From positions 1,197 through 65,196 of the forward strand of contig JBGAQU010000002.1 in NCBI GenBank assembly GCA_044220535.1: DNA of 64,000 nt. Reading direction: 5' to 3'. Under the pieces are notes generated by a model. The model was not told the DNA's origin and did no database searches. It saw nothing but the letters and a program-made list of their open reading frames with translations. This document shows positions 20,042 through 29,286 of the stretch, in pieces. How positions within the stretch are numbered: position 1 is the stretch's first letter; each line of letters starts with the position of its first letter. The DNA is from Alphaproteobacteria bacterium (lineage in GTDB: Bacteria; Pseudomonadota; Alphaproteobacteria; Micavibrionales; Micavibrionaceae). The position numbers and the translations under genes are program-made.

Positions 20042-21523
20042 ATGCTTCAGCACGCGAATCTTCTCAACGGCACCAAACTGCTTTCCACCGTCAATACGGC
20101 CACCCAGACGATCGTCCTGTTCGGCGACAGCATCACAGCCAATAACGGCACCAATTCCGGCGAGGTGGTCGGTATTATCACAGGGATCACCAAAGCCAAT
20201 CCCGCGGTCGTCACCATTGCCGGGCATCTGTTCAACACCGGCGACATCGCCTATGTCTGGGGCGTGCAGGGCATGACGGAGCTGAACGAAAACACGTATA
20301 CCGTCACCAAGATCGACGCCAACACGTTCAGCCTGAATGTCGATTCCACCGGTTTCGGCACCTATACGGGATACGGCAAAACCTTCAAGACGGATGACGG
20401 GCAGTTCAGCAAGGCGAACACCGGCTTTTTCAGCACCGCCGATATCCTGACGCGCCACCGTTGCCGTTATCTTTACAAGCACAAGCGCGGAATCCCCGGC
20501 GACACCACCGCCAATATGAACACGCGCAAAAATTATGAACTGATCCCGGCGCTGGGCGCGACCATCGTCCATGTGCTGGGCGGGCGCAACGACAATAACA
20601 GCGCCGTATCGCCGTCGACGATTTTATCCAATTTGGATTCCGTCATCGCCTATATCACCGGGACGCTCGGCGCGACCGTCATCTTGGGCACGATCATGCC
20701 CAATTCCACCAACAGCTCGACGCTGGACGACCAGATGGACACGATCAACGCGGGTATCCAGGCGCGCGCTTCGTCCAATGTTTTAATCGCGGATTATTAT
20801 ACCGCCGTCGCCGATTCCGGCACGCGCAAATGGAAAAGCGGATACAACCAGGATAACCAGCATCCGGGACCGATCGGCGCTTGGGCGATGGGCCGGGTGC
20901 TGAGGGATGTGATCGCGGCGCGCTACGGCTACGGCGCCGGTTTTACGCTGAACGCCGGTAATGTCCTTTTAAATCCCGGGATGACCGGCACGGGCGGCAG
21001 CGCGACCGGAATCACCAATAACGGCATAGCGGCCAACTGGACCGCGACGCTGGGCGGCACCACCGGCACATCCCTGCGCACGGTTTCCAAGGACACGGAC
21101 GGGGCGCAGATTATGGATGTCAATTTTGCGTCGGGCACTGGCACCAATACGTTCGTGCTGAGCCAGACCGTCGCCGCGGCAGGGCTGGTTGCCGGCAGCT
21201 ATTATGTGGCAGAGGGCGAGGTCACGCTGGAGAGTTTTTCCGGCACAGGCGCGATGACGGAGCTGAGCCTGACCCTGGCGAGTAACGCCAAAACCTTGTC
21301 CGTCAGCCATGGCCAGTATACCGGATCGCCCACGCTGGCCATCGATACGGCCAGCATCATTGTTGACGGCGGCATCCGACGTCTGCGGTTCCGGACTCTG
21401 CCGGTCAAGTTTCTCGGCAGCTATACATCGTTAAAAGTCGCCCTGAATCTGCGCTTCGTCAATACGTCCGGCGGAAACCAGGCGCGGGTGAAAATATATA
21501 ACGCGCAGCTTTATGCGCTGTGA
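20042..21523 (+). CDS. SGNH/GDSL hydrolase with an inserted beta-barrel domain and a C-terminal jelly-roll-like domain
   Basis: SGNH blocks are FGDSIT (I), GIPGDTT (II), LGGRNDN (III) and DNQHPGP (V). The start was set at Met 20042 (AAAGGA upstream). No signal peptide is seen. Confidence 0.7.
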   Translation: MLQHANLLNGTKLLSTVNTATQTIVLFGDSITANNGTNSGEVVGIITGITKANPAVVTIAGHLFNTGDIAYVWGVQGMTELNENTYTVTKIDANTFSLNVDSTGFGTYTGYGKTFKTDDGQFSKANTGFFSTADILTRHRCRYLYKHKRGIPGDTTANMNTRKNYELIPALGATIVHVLGGRNDNNSAVSPSTILSNLDSVIAYITGTLGATVILGTIMPNSTNSSTLDDQMDTINAGIQARASSNVLIADYYTAVADSGTRKWKSGYNQDNQHPGPIGAWAMGRVLRDVIAARYGYGAGFTLNAGNVLLNPGMTGTGGSATGITNNGIAANWTATLGGTTGTSLRTVSKDTDGAQIMDVNFASGTGTNTFVLSQTVAAAGLVAGSYYVAEGEVTLESFSGTGAMTELSLTLASNAKTLSVSHGQYTGSPTLAIDTASIIVDGGIRRLRFRTLPVKFLGSYTSLKVALNLRFVNTSGGNQARVKIYNAQLYAL

Positions 21524-22752
21524 GGCACAGTCCGCGCAAAAATAACGTCGCGGATCAGCCATAACGCTGCACCGACCGAAACCACCCAGCCGCCAAGACA
21601 GGCGATGATCGCGCCCCACGCGCCCAGCGTGGGGCAAAGCCAAATCGCAAGACCGACGCCGAATAATCCTGCGGGAATACGGTAGAGATTATAGAGGTTG
21701 AGCTTGCCGGTGCGCACGATCACGGTTTCGATCGGGCTGCTGATCGTCAGCATGAAAAACACCCAGCCCCAGCCGAACAGCAGATGGCTGTAAGGCGCGT
21801 ATTTTTCGCCGTAGACCAGCCGCACGACCGGTTCGTTGAATAACGCCATCGCCGCCACCATGACCAGCGCCATGCCGCCATACATGGTGACCAGGCGGAA
21901 GAATGCGCTGCGCATGCCATCTTTCGATTTGCTTTTGCTCTGGAAAAAATTCTTATCGATAATGTCGAGGCTGCGCACGATCACCAGCAGAGGCTGCATC
22001 AGGCTGCGCATCGCGGCGAAGGCGGCGGAGTGGATAGGCGCCGCGACGGACCCCAGGATCATGATCGGAAAGTTGTTATAGCCGAAATACCCCGCCACGC
22101 CGATCAGCGACGCCGCGAAATACCGCCTGGCGTCGCGCATCATCAGCCGCCAGCCCCAGAACAGATCCGGCCAGCCAATAATGGCCACCAGCCAGAAGGA
22201 TTTCAGGAACGCATACAGGCCCAGCACCGCCATCATGACTTCAAAACTGATGCCGTAGCGAGGAATGCAGAAAAACAGCGCGGCGTTCAGCGTCAGGAAA
22301 ATGCCGGATGTCAGCAGCGGATCGATAAAACGTTCATGCTTGATCATCAGGATGCGGTCGAAATCGAGCTGGATATAAACCAGCGTCAGGACGATCGTCG
22401 AATAGGCGATCGCCTGGAAAAACTCCCCGCCGCCGCGCACCGCCCAATATAATGTAATCATCAAAATTTCCGCGGCGAACAGGAAGCACCACACCGCCAC
22501 CTGCTGCCCCATCACCTTAGTGGCCCTTCGCCGCAGCACCTCGGGCGATAGCAGGGAATTCTGCACCATATAGGATGTGCGCTGTATGCCCTGCAGCGTC
22601 ATGGCGATGGACAGGCCGATACCGTACCCAGCCAGCTCAATCTCCGAATAGAATTTCGCAAGGATAATAGTGAATAGGAAATTGGCCGCCGAAAAAAACA
22701 CCTGATCGCACAGGGCGATGCCGCGGATCATCAGTTTACGGTTTTTTATCAT
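21511..22752 (-). CDS. oligosaccharide flippase (Wzx, MOP superfamily)
   Basis: 413 aa with about 12 hydrophobic helices. The N-terminal IRGIALCDQVFFSAANFLFTIILAKFYS is typical of polysaccharide flippases. Confidence 0.8.
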   Translation of the reverse strand: MIKNRKLMIRGIALCDQVFFSAANFLFTIILAKFYSEIELAGYGIGLSIAMTLQGIQRTSYMVQNSLLSPEVLRRRATKVMGQQVAVWCFLFAAEILMITLYWAVRGGGEFFQAIAYSTIVLTLVYIQLDFDRILMIKHERFIDPLLTSGIFLTLNAALFFCIPRYGISFEVMMAVLGLYAFLKSFWLVAIIGWPDLFWGWRLMMRDARRYFAASLIGVAGYFGYNNFPIMILGSVAAPIHSAAFAAMRSLMQPLLVIVRSLDIIDKNFFQSKSKSKDGMRSAFFRLVTMYGGMALVMVAAMALFNEPVVRLVYGEKYAPYSHLLFGWGWVFFMLTISSPIETVIVRTGKLNLYNLYRIPAGLFGVGLAIWLCPTLGAWGAIIACLGGWVVSVGAALWLIRDVIFARTVPHSA

Positions 22753-22769
22753 GGCGGTTTACCCCAGCC

Positions 22770-22867
22770 GTCATCCCGGCGAAGGCCGGGATCCACGCTT
22801 GGACCGGTCGCAATGCCATGGATTAGAGTGCTTCAAAAATGTGGATCCCGGCCTTCGCCGGGATGAC
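22770..22867. repeat. inverted pair of REP-like units (GTCATCCCGGCGAAGGCCGGGATCCAC)
   Basis: The left arm (22770-22796) and right arm (22841-22867) are exact reverse complements, separated by 44 nt. The pair sits in the divergent wzx/wza intergenic region. Confidence 0.85.
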
Positions 22868-23000
22868 GATTGAAATAACGGCTTAAACCCAGACTTGTCA
22901 ATCTTTTCATAAATCCTGACGCGTCGCACTATTTTCCTTGCGTCAAATCCCTGATATGGTTTAGAAAGAGTCTGTTAATTTTCCGTATTGGAACATATTC

Positions 23001-23573
23001 ATGACACAATTGATCCGCTTTTCCTTCGCTGTCCTTCTGCTGGCCGTGCTGACTGCCTGCGCGGTGCCGGGCCCGGCCTCCATCGATGCGCCCGCCACGG
23101 TTAAAGACGAACGCGCCTCCGTCCTCGGGCCCGGCGACAAGCTGAAACTGACCGTTTACGGTGACGAGACGCTGACCGGCGAATACACGATCGACCCGCG
23201 CGGCACGCTGACCATCCCGCTGGGCGGGCAAATCAAGGCAGCCGGCCTGAGCCCGGACGATTTGCAGGCTGAAATCGCCGACCGCCTGAAATCCGGCGGC
23301 ATGCTGGTCAACCCCCAAGTCAGCGTGAATGTCATCAATATGCGCCCGGTCTATGTCGTCGGCCAGGTGTCAAATCCGGGCAGCTATTCTTATGAACCCG
23401 GCCTGACTGTGTTAAAAGCCATCGCGCTTGGCGGCGGATACACGCCCCGCGCGGCACAGAACCTGATCCTGATCGACCGCGACACGTCGAAAGGCCGCAT
23501 GCGCCTGAACGCGAATGAGAATACCCCTGTTCTGCCCGGTGATTCCATCACGGTCAGGGAACGAATCTTCTAA
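23001..23573 (+). CDS. polysaccharide export outer-membrane lipoprotein (Wza/GumB/ExoF-like)
   Basis: Lipobox LLAVLTAC. Poly_export motif (GPGDKLKLTVYGDE...YTIDPRGTLTIPLGGQIKAAGLS) plus an SLBB-like C-terminus (GDSITV). Confidence 0.85.
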   Translation: MTQLIRFSFAVLLLAVLTACAVPGPASIDAPATVKDERASVLGPGDKLKLTVYGDETLTGEYTIDPRGTLTIPLGGQIKAAGLSPDDLQAEIADRLKSGGMLVNPQVSVNVINMRPVYVVGQVSNPGSYSYEPGLTVLKAIALGGGYTPRAAQNLILIDRDTSKGRMRLNANENTPVLPGDSITVRERIF

Positions 23574-23623
23574 CCGGGCGTTGGTTGTCCGTTTTTATTA
23601 AGACTTTGCGCCGGACTATAATA

Positions 23624-24307
23624 ATGACGGATACCTGGCTGGAAATTTTATGGCGGCGGCGGAACCTGGTTATGGGGATTGCGCTGCTGACCATGCTGAC
23701 GGGGCTGGCCCTGCTGGGCCTCAGGAAAAATCTTTACACCGCCAGTGTTTATTTCGCGCCGCGCGGCACGTATGAGCACGCGGGCGATGCCATTATCGCG
23801 GTGGACGCGGCGCCTTTCTTTAAAACCGTCTATACCGACCAGACCCTTTCGCAATGGCCTGAATTCAACCCGGCCCTGACGCCGGACGGCAGCGCGATCG
23901 CTGCGCTGGCGGTCCGGGCTTCATCCCTGATCGACCCGGTGCGCAGCGCGGACGACCTGGAGCGCCGCGCCCTTCAGCACATGAACAACCATTTCACCAT
24001 CCGCGCCCTGCCCGCCGAGCGCACGGTCGAACTGACCTATACTTCAACATCGCCGCGCAGGGCCGCGAACATTGTCAATGCAATGGCCCAGGCTTATATG
24101 AAGCAAATGCCCGGTTACCGTTTCGTGCCGTCCACCGCGAGTGAAGGCATCGACGCCATACGGTTCACCCATGCCGATATTTACCTGGAACCTGTGCGTC
24201 CGGCGTTGCTGCCTTTGTTCTTTATTTTTATCCTGGTCGGCGTTGTGGGCGGCGCTGCGGCATCAGTATGGGCAGATCTTTATTATCGGAAGGCTGTTTC
24301 ATCATGA
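23624..24307 (+). CDS. small Wzz-like chain-length-determinant protein (two TM, no kinase domain)
   Basis: N-terminal TM after WRRRNLVMGIALLTMLTGLALL and C-terminal TM LLPLFFIFILVGVVGGAAASVW. ATGA-coupled to the downstream priming transferase. The family call rests on topology only. Confidence 0.5.
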   Translation: MTDTWLEILWRRRNLVMGIALLTMLTGLALLGLRKNLYTASVYFAPRGTYEHAGDAIIAVDAAPFFKTVYTDQTLSQWPEFNPALTPDGSAIAALAVRASSLIDPVRSADDLERRALQHMNNHFTIRALPAERTVELTYTSTSPRRAANIVNAMAQAYMKQMPGYRFVPSTASEGIDAIRFTHADIYLEPVRPALLPLFFIFILVGVVGGAAASVWADLYYRKAVSS

Positions 24308-25830
24308 CGGGCGAATGCATGCCAAACGGCGCTGTTCTGGATAAAAACGCATACCGGACGCGCAATATGGGCCGAACCCCTTTGGAATTCGGTTTTCTGC
24401 TGCTGATCCTTGATATTGTGGCGCTAGCCATTGCAGCGTGGCTTGCGGGCGGCGTGACTCACATTGTGCAAACGATATTGAAGACCCCGGCCCTGTCCGC
24501 TTCCTATGTCTTCAACGACCGCCAGAACATCTATATCTTCCTGTCTTTCATCGTGATGACGCTGTTGTGGAGTAAAGGCCTGTATACGCAGCGCGTGCCG
24601 TGGTGGAGCCAGGTGCAGTATATCGGCAAGGTCATTTTCCTCGCCTTCCTGCTGGACGGATTTATCAATTTCGGGCTGCTGATCAATGAATCGCGTCTTT
24701 TAATCGCCGCTACATGGATATTGGCATTCGGGCTGATCGTGCCGTTCCGCTGGGTCGCCTGCCAGACGGCGGCGCGCATGGGATGGTGGAAAATCCCGAC
24801 CGTGATCATTGCTGACAATTCAACCGTCACTGACCTGATCTATGCATTTCATGCCGATCCCTGCGCCGGGTATGACGTTAATACCGTATTCCTGCGCGAC
24901 CGTGACAGAGGCGAATTCGACGTCACCAACCTGCCCGCCTCCTGCCGCCATGTGCAAATCCGGGACGGGATGATGGAATATGAGACCTATATCCGCGAAA
25001 ACCCGGACCACTTCTATGTCGTCTCACTTGATGCGTTTCGCGGCGAAACGCGCGACAGCCTGATCAACACGATGGATGATTTAAGCGTATCCTACGCCAT
25101 CGTGCCGTCCATCACCCGTATCGGGCTGTATGAGATGGAGCCCCGCTATTTCTTCGGCCATGACGTCATGATGTTGCAGGCAAGGTCGCAGACCAACCTC
25201 GCGTCTGTCAGCCTGTCCCGCGCCATCAAGCGCGCCATGGATATAACCGCCTCTGGCCTGGCGCTGGCGCTATTATCGCCCTTGCTGATCGGCGTGGTGG
25301 TGATGCTGAAAGTCGAAGGCCAGGGCGGGACGCCGTTTTACGGCGGGAAGCGCATCGGACGGAATGGCAATAAATTCAGTTGCTGGAAATTCCGGTCAAT
25401 GGAGCCGGATTCGGATCATCTGCTGCATGCCTATCTGGCGCAGGATGAAAAAATCAAAGCCGACTGGGAAAAATACCGCAAGCTGCCCAACGATCCGCGC
25501 GTTACCACCCGCACGGCGCGGTTTATCCGCAAGGCCAGCATTGATGAATTGCCGCAGCTGTGGAACGTGCTGGTCGGGGATATGAGCCTGGTCGGCCCGC
25601 GCCCGATTTTGCAGGATGAAGTGCCGTATTTCGGCGACGCGTTGAAAGAATACCTGTCTGTCCGCCCCGGCCTGACCGGGCTGTGGCAGGTCAGCGGCCG
25701 CAACGCCACCAGCTTCATGCGCCGTGTGTATTGGGACAGCTGGTATGTACGAAACTGGTCGCTGTGGGGTGATATCGTCATCCTGATCAAAACGCCGCTG
25801 GTGCTGTTAAGCCGTAAAGGCGCGTCTTAA
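24304..25830 (+). CDS. undecaprenyl-phosphate sugar phosphotransferase (WbaP/ExoY-type priming enzyme)
   Basis: Multi-TM N-terminus and a C-terminal bacterial sugar transferase domain (KRAMDITASGLALALLSPLL...FRSM...DELPQLWNVLVGDMSLVGPRP). The start ATG at 24304 overlaps the upstream stop (ATGA). Confidence 0.9.
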   Translation: MTGECMPNGAVLDKNAYRTRNMGRTPLEFGFLLLILDIVALAIAAWLAGGVTHIVQTILKTPALSASYVFNDRQNIYIFLSFIVMTLLWSKGLYTQRVPWWSQVQYIGKVIFLAFLLDGFINFGLLINESRLLIAATWILAFGLIVPFRWVACQTAARMGWWKIPTVIIADNSTVTDLIYAFHADPCAGYDVNTVFLRDRDRGEFDVTNLPASCRHVQIRDGMMEYETYIRENPDHFYVVSLDAFRGETRDSLINTMDDLSVSYAIVPSITRIGLYEMEPRYFFGHDVMMLQARSQTNLASVSLSRAIKRAMDITASGLALALLSPLLIGVVVMLKVEGQGGTPFYGGKRIGRNGNKFSCWKFRSMEPDSDHLLHAYLAQDEKIKADWEKYRKLPNDPRVTTRTARFIRKASIDELPQLWNVLVGDMSLVGPRPILQDEVPYFGDALKEYLSVRPGLTGLWQVSGRNATSFMRRVYWDSWYVRNWSLWGDIVILIKTPLVLLSRKGAS

Positions 25831-25837
25831 TCCAGTA

Positions 25838-25963
25838 CCGCAGGCAAAAAAGGTTTTTAACACAGAGAGCACAGAGTTAAAAAGAGCACACACAAAAATT
25901 CTTCTCTGTGTCCTCTTCCTTCTTCTCCGTGTTCTCTGTGTTAAAAACCTTTTTTGCCTGCGG
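25838..25963. repeat. palindromic intergenic element, CAGAG/CTCTG family (copy A)
   Basis: Left arm CCGCAGGCAAAAAAGGTTTTTAACACAGAGAGCACAGAG is mirrored by right arm CTCCGTGTTCTCTGTGTTAAAAACCTTTTTTGCCTGCGG. Lies between convergent genes. Confidence 0.8.
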
Positions 25964-25972
25964 CGCTGATTA

Positions 25973-27328
25973 CTATTTCCCGCCTGCGACGCTTTTCAGT
26001 TTCGCCGCGCCTTGCGGCTTCACTTCCGGACGGCCTATCGAGATGTAGTGGAAGCCTGTGTCTTTCATGTCCGCCGTTTTATAAATGTTGCGGAAGTCGA
26101 GCAGAAGGGAGGCGTTCATGATGTCTTTCAGGCGCTCCATATCCAGAGCGCGGAATTCGTTCCATTCGGTCAGAATGACCAGCGCGTCGGCTTTTTCGGC
26201 CACTTCATACGGGCCGTCTTTCCAGTCTACGTTGTTCAGCATGGTTTTGGCATGATCCATGGCAGCCGGGTCATAAGCGGCAACCGTTGCGCCTGCTTCC
26301 TGCAGGATCGGCACGACCGACAAAGACGGCGAATCGCGCATATCATCGGTGTTCGGTTTGAACGACACGCCGAGTATGCCGATGCGCTTGCCTTTGACGG
26401 AACCGCCACACGCCGCGATCACGCGATGCGCCATATCTTTACGGCGCGCATCATTGACCTGCACCACCGTGTCGACAATGCGCTGGGGCGCACCCATCAA
26501 TTCACCGGTCTGGACCAAGGCGATTGTGTCTTTCGGGAAGCAGGAGCCGCCATAGCCTGGACCCGCATGCAGGAATTTGGAGCCGATACGGCCATCCAGG
26601 CCGATGGCTTTCGCCACATCCTGCACGTTGGCATTGGCCTTTTCGCACAGATCGGCGATTTCATTGATAAAGGTGATCTTGGTCGCGAGGAACGCGTTGG
26701 CAGCGTATTTGATGATCTCCGCCGTCTGGCGTTCGGTGAACACGATCGGGGTTTCATGCAGATAGAGCGGACGGTACAGCTCACGCATGACTTTTTGCGC
26801 GCGCTCCGAACTGGCGCCGATGACAACGCGATCCGGGCGCATGAAATCTGTGATGGCCGCGCCTTCGCGCAGGAATTCCGGGTTGGAAGCCACGTCGAAT
26901 TCGGCGTTCGGGTTGGCTTCGCGGATGATGCGTTCCACTTCGATGGCGGTGCCGACAGGCACGGTCGATTTGGTGACGATGACGGCGTAATGGTCCAGCG
27001 CTTCGCCGATTTCCTTCGCGGCCTGATAGACATAGGTCAGGTCGGCATGGCCGTCGGAACGGCGGGTGGGGGTGCCGACGGCAATAAAGATCGCGTCCGC
27101 GTCCTTGATCGCGTCTTTCAGGTTGTTGGTGAATCGGATGCGCTTGGCGGAAATCTGGCGGGCCAGCAGGTCCTCAAGGCCGGGTTCGTAAATCGGCACT
27201 TCACCCTTTTTCAGGCGCGCGATTTTGGAGTCGTCTTTATCGACGCAGGTGACATCAACACCGAATTCCGCGAAACAGGTCCCGGAAACCAAGCCTACAT
27301 AGCCTGTGCCTACCATGACGATTTTCAT
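25973..27328 (-). CDS. ugd: UDP-glucose 6-dehydrogenase
   Basis: MKIVMVGTGYVGLVSG Rossmann N-terminus and catalytic GGSCFPKD motif, 451 aa. Confidence 0.95.
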   Translation of the reverse strand: MKIVMVGTGYVGLVSGTCFAEFGVDVTCVDKDDSKIARLKKGEVPIYEPGLEDLLARQISAKRIRFTNNLKDAIKDADAIFIAVGTPTRRSDGHADLTYVYQAAKEIGEALDHYAVIVTKSTVPVGTAIEVERIIREANPNAEFDVASNPEFLREGAAITDFMRPDRVVIGASSERAQKVMRELYRPLYLHETPIVFTERQTAEIIKYAANAFLATKITFINEIADLCEKANANVQDVAKAIGLDGRIGSKFLHAGPGYGGSCFPKDTIALVQTGELMGAPQRIVDTVVQVNDARRKDMAHRVIAACGGSVKGKRIGILGVSFKPNTDDMRDSPSLSVVPILQEAGATVAAYDPAAMDHAKTMLNNVDWKDGPYEVAEKADALVILTEWNEFRALDMERLKDIMNASLLLDFRNIYKTADMKDTGFHYISIGRPEVKPQGAAKLKSVAGGK

Positions 27329-27398
27329 TGCCGTACTCTTCCTTCCTTGGCGATTATGGGCCGGAATTTACACCATATCTGCGGATATGGAAAGATTT

Positions 27399-28199
27399 TT
27401 ATGCACTGCAATAAACCCAGAGCATAAGCGCCCCGAATACGATCCGGTATATCGCGAAGGGCATAAAACTGTGTTTGGAAACATAGGCCAGGAACAGCTT
27501 AATCGCTGCAAAACCTGACAAAAAGGCGGTTACGAAGCCGATGGCAATGATGATCAGGTCGTCGCCTGTCACCGTGCTCGCGCTTTTCAGCAGATCATAG
27601 GCCGACGCTGCCAGCATCGTCGGAATGGCCAGGAAAAAGGAAAATTCCGCCGCTGTTTTGCGATCAAGGCGCAGCAGCATGCCGCCGATAATGGTAGCAC
27701 CGGACCGCGAGGTGCCGGGAATGACCGACACCGCCTGGGCGCAGCCGATCAGGAAGGCGCGGCGCAGGCTGATCGCGTCGACGCTTTGGACAACGGGTTC
27801 AGGTTTGATTTTTTCAACCAGCCAGATAACCAGGCCACCGACCACCAGAGCTATTGCCACGACGACAGGCGAAAATAGAACGGATTTGATAAAGGAATGA
27901 AATGTCAGGCCAATCACTGCCGAGGGCAGAAAGGCCACAACCAGTTTTAACACGAACATGCGTTCTGCCGGGTGGTGCAGATGGAAGAGAACATGGAGTA
28001 GTTTCGCGCGATAGACCCATGCCACCGCCAGAATAGCGCCCAGCTGGATCACGACTTCAAACAGTTTTGCTACAGGCGCATCAAAATGCAGAAAGTCGGC
28101 GGCCAGGATTAAATGCCCGGTCGATGAGACGGGAAGAAATTCCGTCAGGCCTTCGACAACGCCGAGGATCGCCGCCTTGATGTCGTCCACTATGTTCAT
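27399..28199 (-). CDS. uppP: undecaprenyl-diphosphate phosphatase
   Basis: VEGLTEFLPVSSTGHL and PGTSRSGATI BacA/UppP motifs, 266 aa. Confidence 0.93.
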   Translation of the reverse strand: MNIVDDIKAAILGVVEGLTEFLPVSSTGHLILAADFLHFDAPVAKLFEVVIQLGAILAVAWVYRAKLLHVLFHLHHPAERMFVLKLVVAFLPSAVIGLTFHSFIKSVLFSPVVVAIALVVGGLVIWLVEKIKPEPVVQSVDAISLRRAFLIGCAQAVSVIPGTSRSGATIIGGMLLRLDRKTAAEFSFFLAIPTMLAASAYDLLKSASTVTGDDLIIIAIGFVTAFLSGFAAIKLFLAYVSKHSFMPFAIYRIVFGALMLWVYCSA

Positions 28200-29104
28200 G
28201 AAGCGACTTTGCGCAATTGCGGCTTTTTATATTCTTCCAGCAGACGCGCCAGGCTTTCATAAACCTGCGGGCCAATGGTTTTATCGTCCAGGGCGAAGGC
28301 GATGTTGGCTTCCAGGAAGCCGATCTTGTCGCCGCAGTCATAGCGGGTGCCTTCAAAACGCAGGCCGTGGAAAGGCTGTGTGCCGATCAGTTTCTCCATG
28401 CTGTCGGTCAGCTGGATTTCGCCACCCTTGCCCTTTTCCTTGCGGTCCAGCCATGTAAAGACCTCAGGCTGCAGAATATAGCGGCCAATGATGGACAGGG
28501 TAGACGGTGCTTCCTCAGGCTTCGGTTTTTCGACCAGGCCTTTGACCGCGGCCAGTTTGCCGCTATCGGAGGAGACATCGAGAATGCCATAGCGCATCGT
28601 ATGTTCGCGCGGCACGTCTTCGACCGCCACAACGTTACCGCCCACTTCATTGTAGATTTCGATCATCTGCTTCATGCAGGGTTTATCCGAAAGGACAACG
28701 TCATCAGGCAGGATGATCGCAAAAGGTTCATCGCCGACCAGATCCTTCGCACACCAGACGGCATGGCCGAAACCGAGCGGCTGTTCCTGAATGACCGTGG
28801 ACAGGCGATCTGCGCCAATATTGGTTTTACTTAAGATTTCCAAAAGCTCAGCCTTGCCGCCCGCTTTCAGGTTGTCGGCAAGGAACTCATTCACCTCAAA
28901 ATGCTTTTCCAGCGAGGCCTTGTTGGGGGAATTGACGAAGATCATTTCCTCGATGCCAGAGGCCAAAGCCTCTTCCACAGCATGCTGGATCAAAGGCTTA
29001 TCGACCAAAGGCAGCATCTCCTTCGGCACCGATTTGGTCGCGGGCAAAAAGCGTGTGCCCAGACCCGCCACCGGGAAAACCGCCTTGCGTACTTTCTTGA
29101 TCAT
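28196..29104 (-). CDS. galU: UTP-glucose-1-phosphate uridylyltransferase
   Basis: KAVFPVAGLGTRFLPATK and VEKP motifs. The start was set at MIKKVRK (29104). The stop overlaps the uppP start (ATGA). Confidence 0.93.
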   Translation of the reverse strand: MIKKVRKAVFPVAGLGTRFLPATKSVPKEMLPLVDKPLIQHAVEEALASGIEEMIFVNSPNKASLEKHFEVNEFLADNLKAGGKAELLEILSKTNIGADRLSTVIQEQPLGFGHAVWCAKDLVGDEPFAIILPDDVVLSDKPCMKQMIEIYNEVGGNVVAVEDVPREHTMRYGILDVSSDSGKLAAVKGLVEKPKPEEAPSTLSIIGRYILQPEVFTWLDRKEKGKGGEIQLTDSMEKLIGTQPFHGLRFEGTRYDCGDKIGFLEANIAFALDDKTIGPQVYESLARLLEEYKKPQLRKVAS

Positions 29105-29224
29105 CTCAATCGTCCTGCCATCATTGTTACCGGTCCCGTAACAACGCATTCATGCCCTGTTTCCGCGACGCTTCACAAGCTTTTTTTGCGCTGCACACAA
29201 AAAATGCCCGTGGTCCAAAATAGA

Positions 29225-29256
29225 CAAAACCCCGTCCCGATTATGGAGGGGTTTTG
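29225..29256 (-). terminator. putative intrinsic terminator downstream of the giant exoprotein gene
   Basis: CAAAACCCCGTCCC-GATTAT-GGAGGGGTTTTG hairpin (12 bp, one bulge) followed by T-rich tracts on both strands. Confidence 0.5.
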
Positions 29257-29286
29257 CCGTTTTTATGCTTTTTTCGCCCGGCTTTT

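Noticed and set aside
26012-27427. 471-aa plus-strand ORF opposite ugd. Similar cases lie opposite rmlB (11866-12825), fabF (40288-41304), the M32 genes (59576-60667, 62771-63805), asnB (35253-36098), dnaB (49031-49801) and rplI (47630-48295)
   Set aside because: In each case the opposite strand encodes a protein with unmistakable conserved motifs. The antisense translations have no recognisable features.
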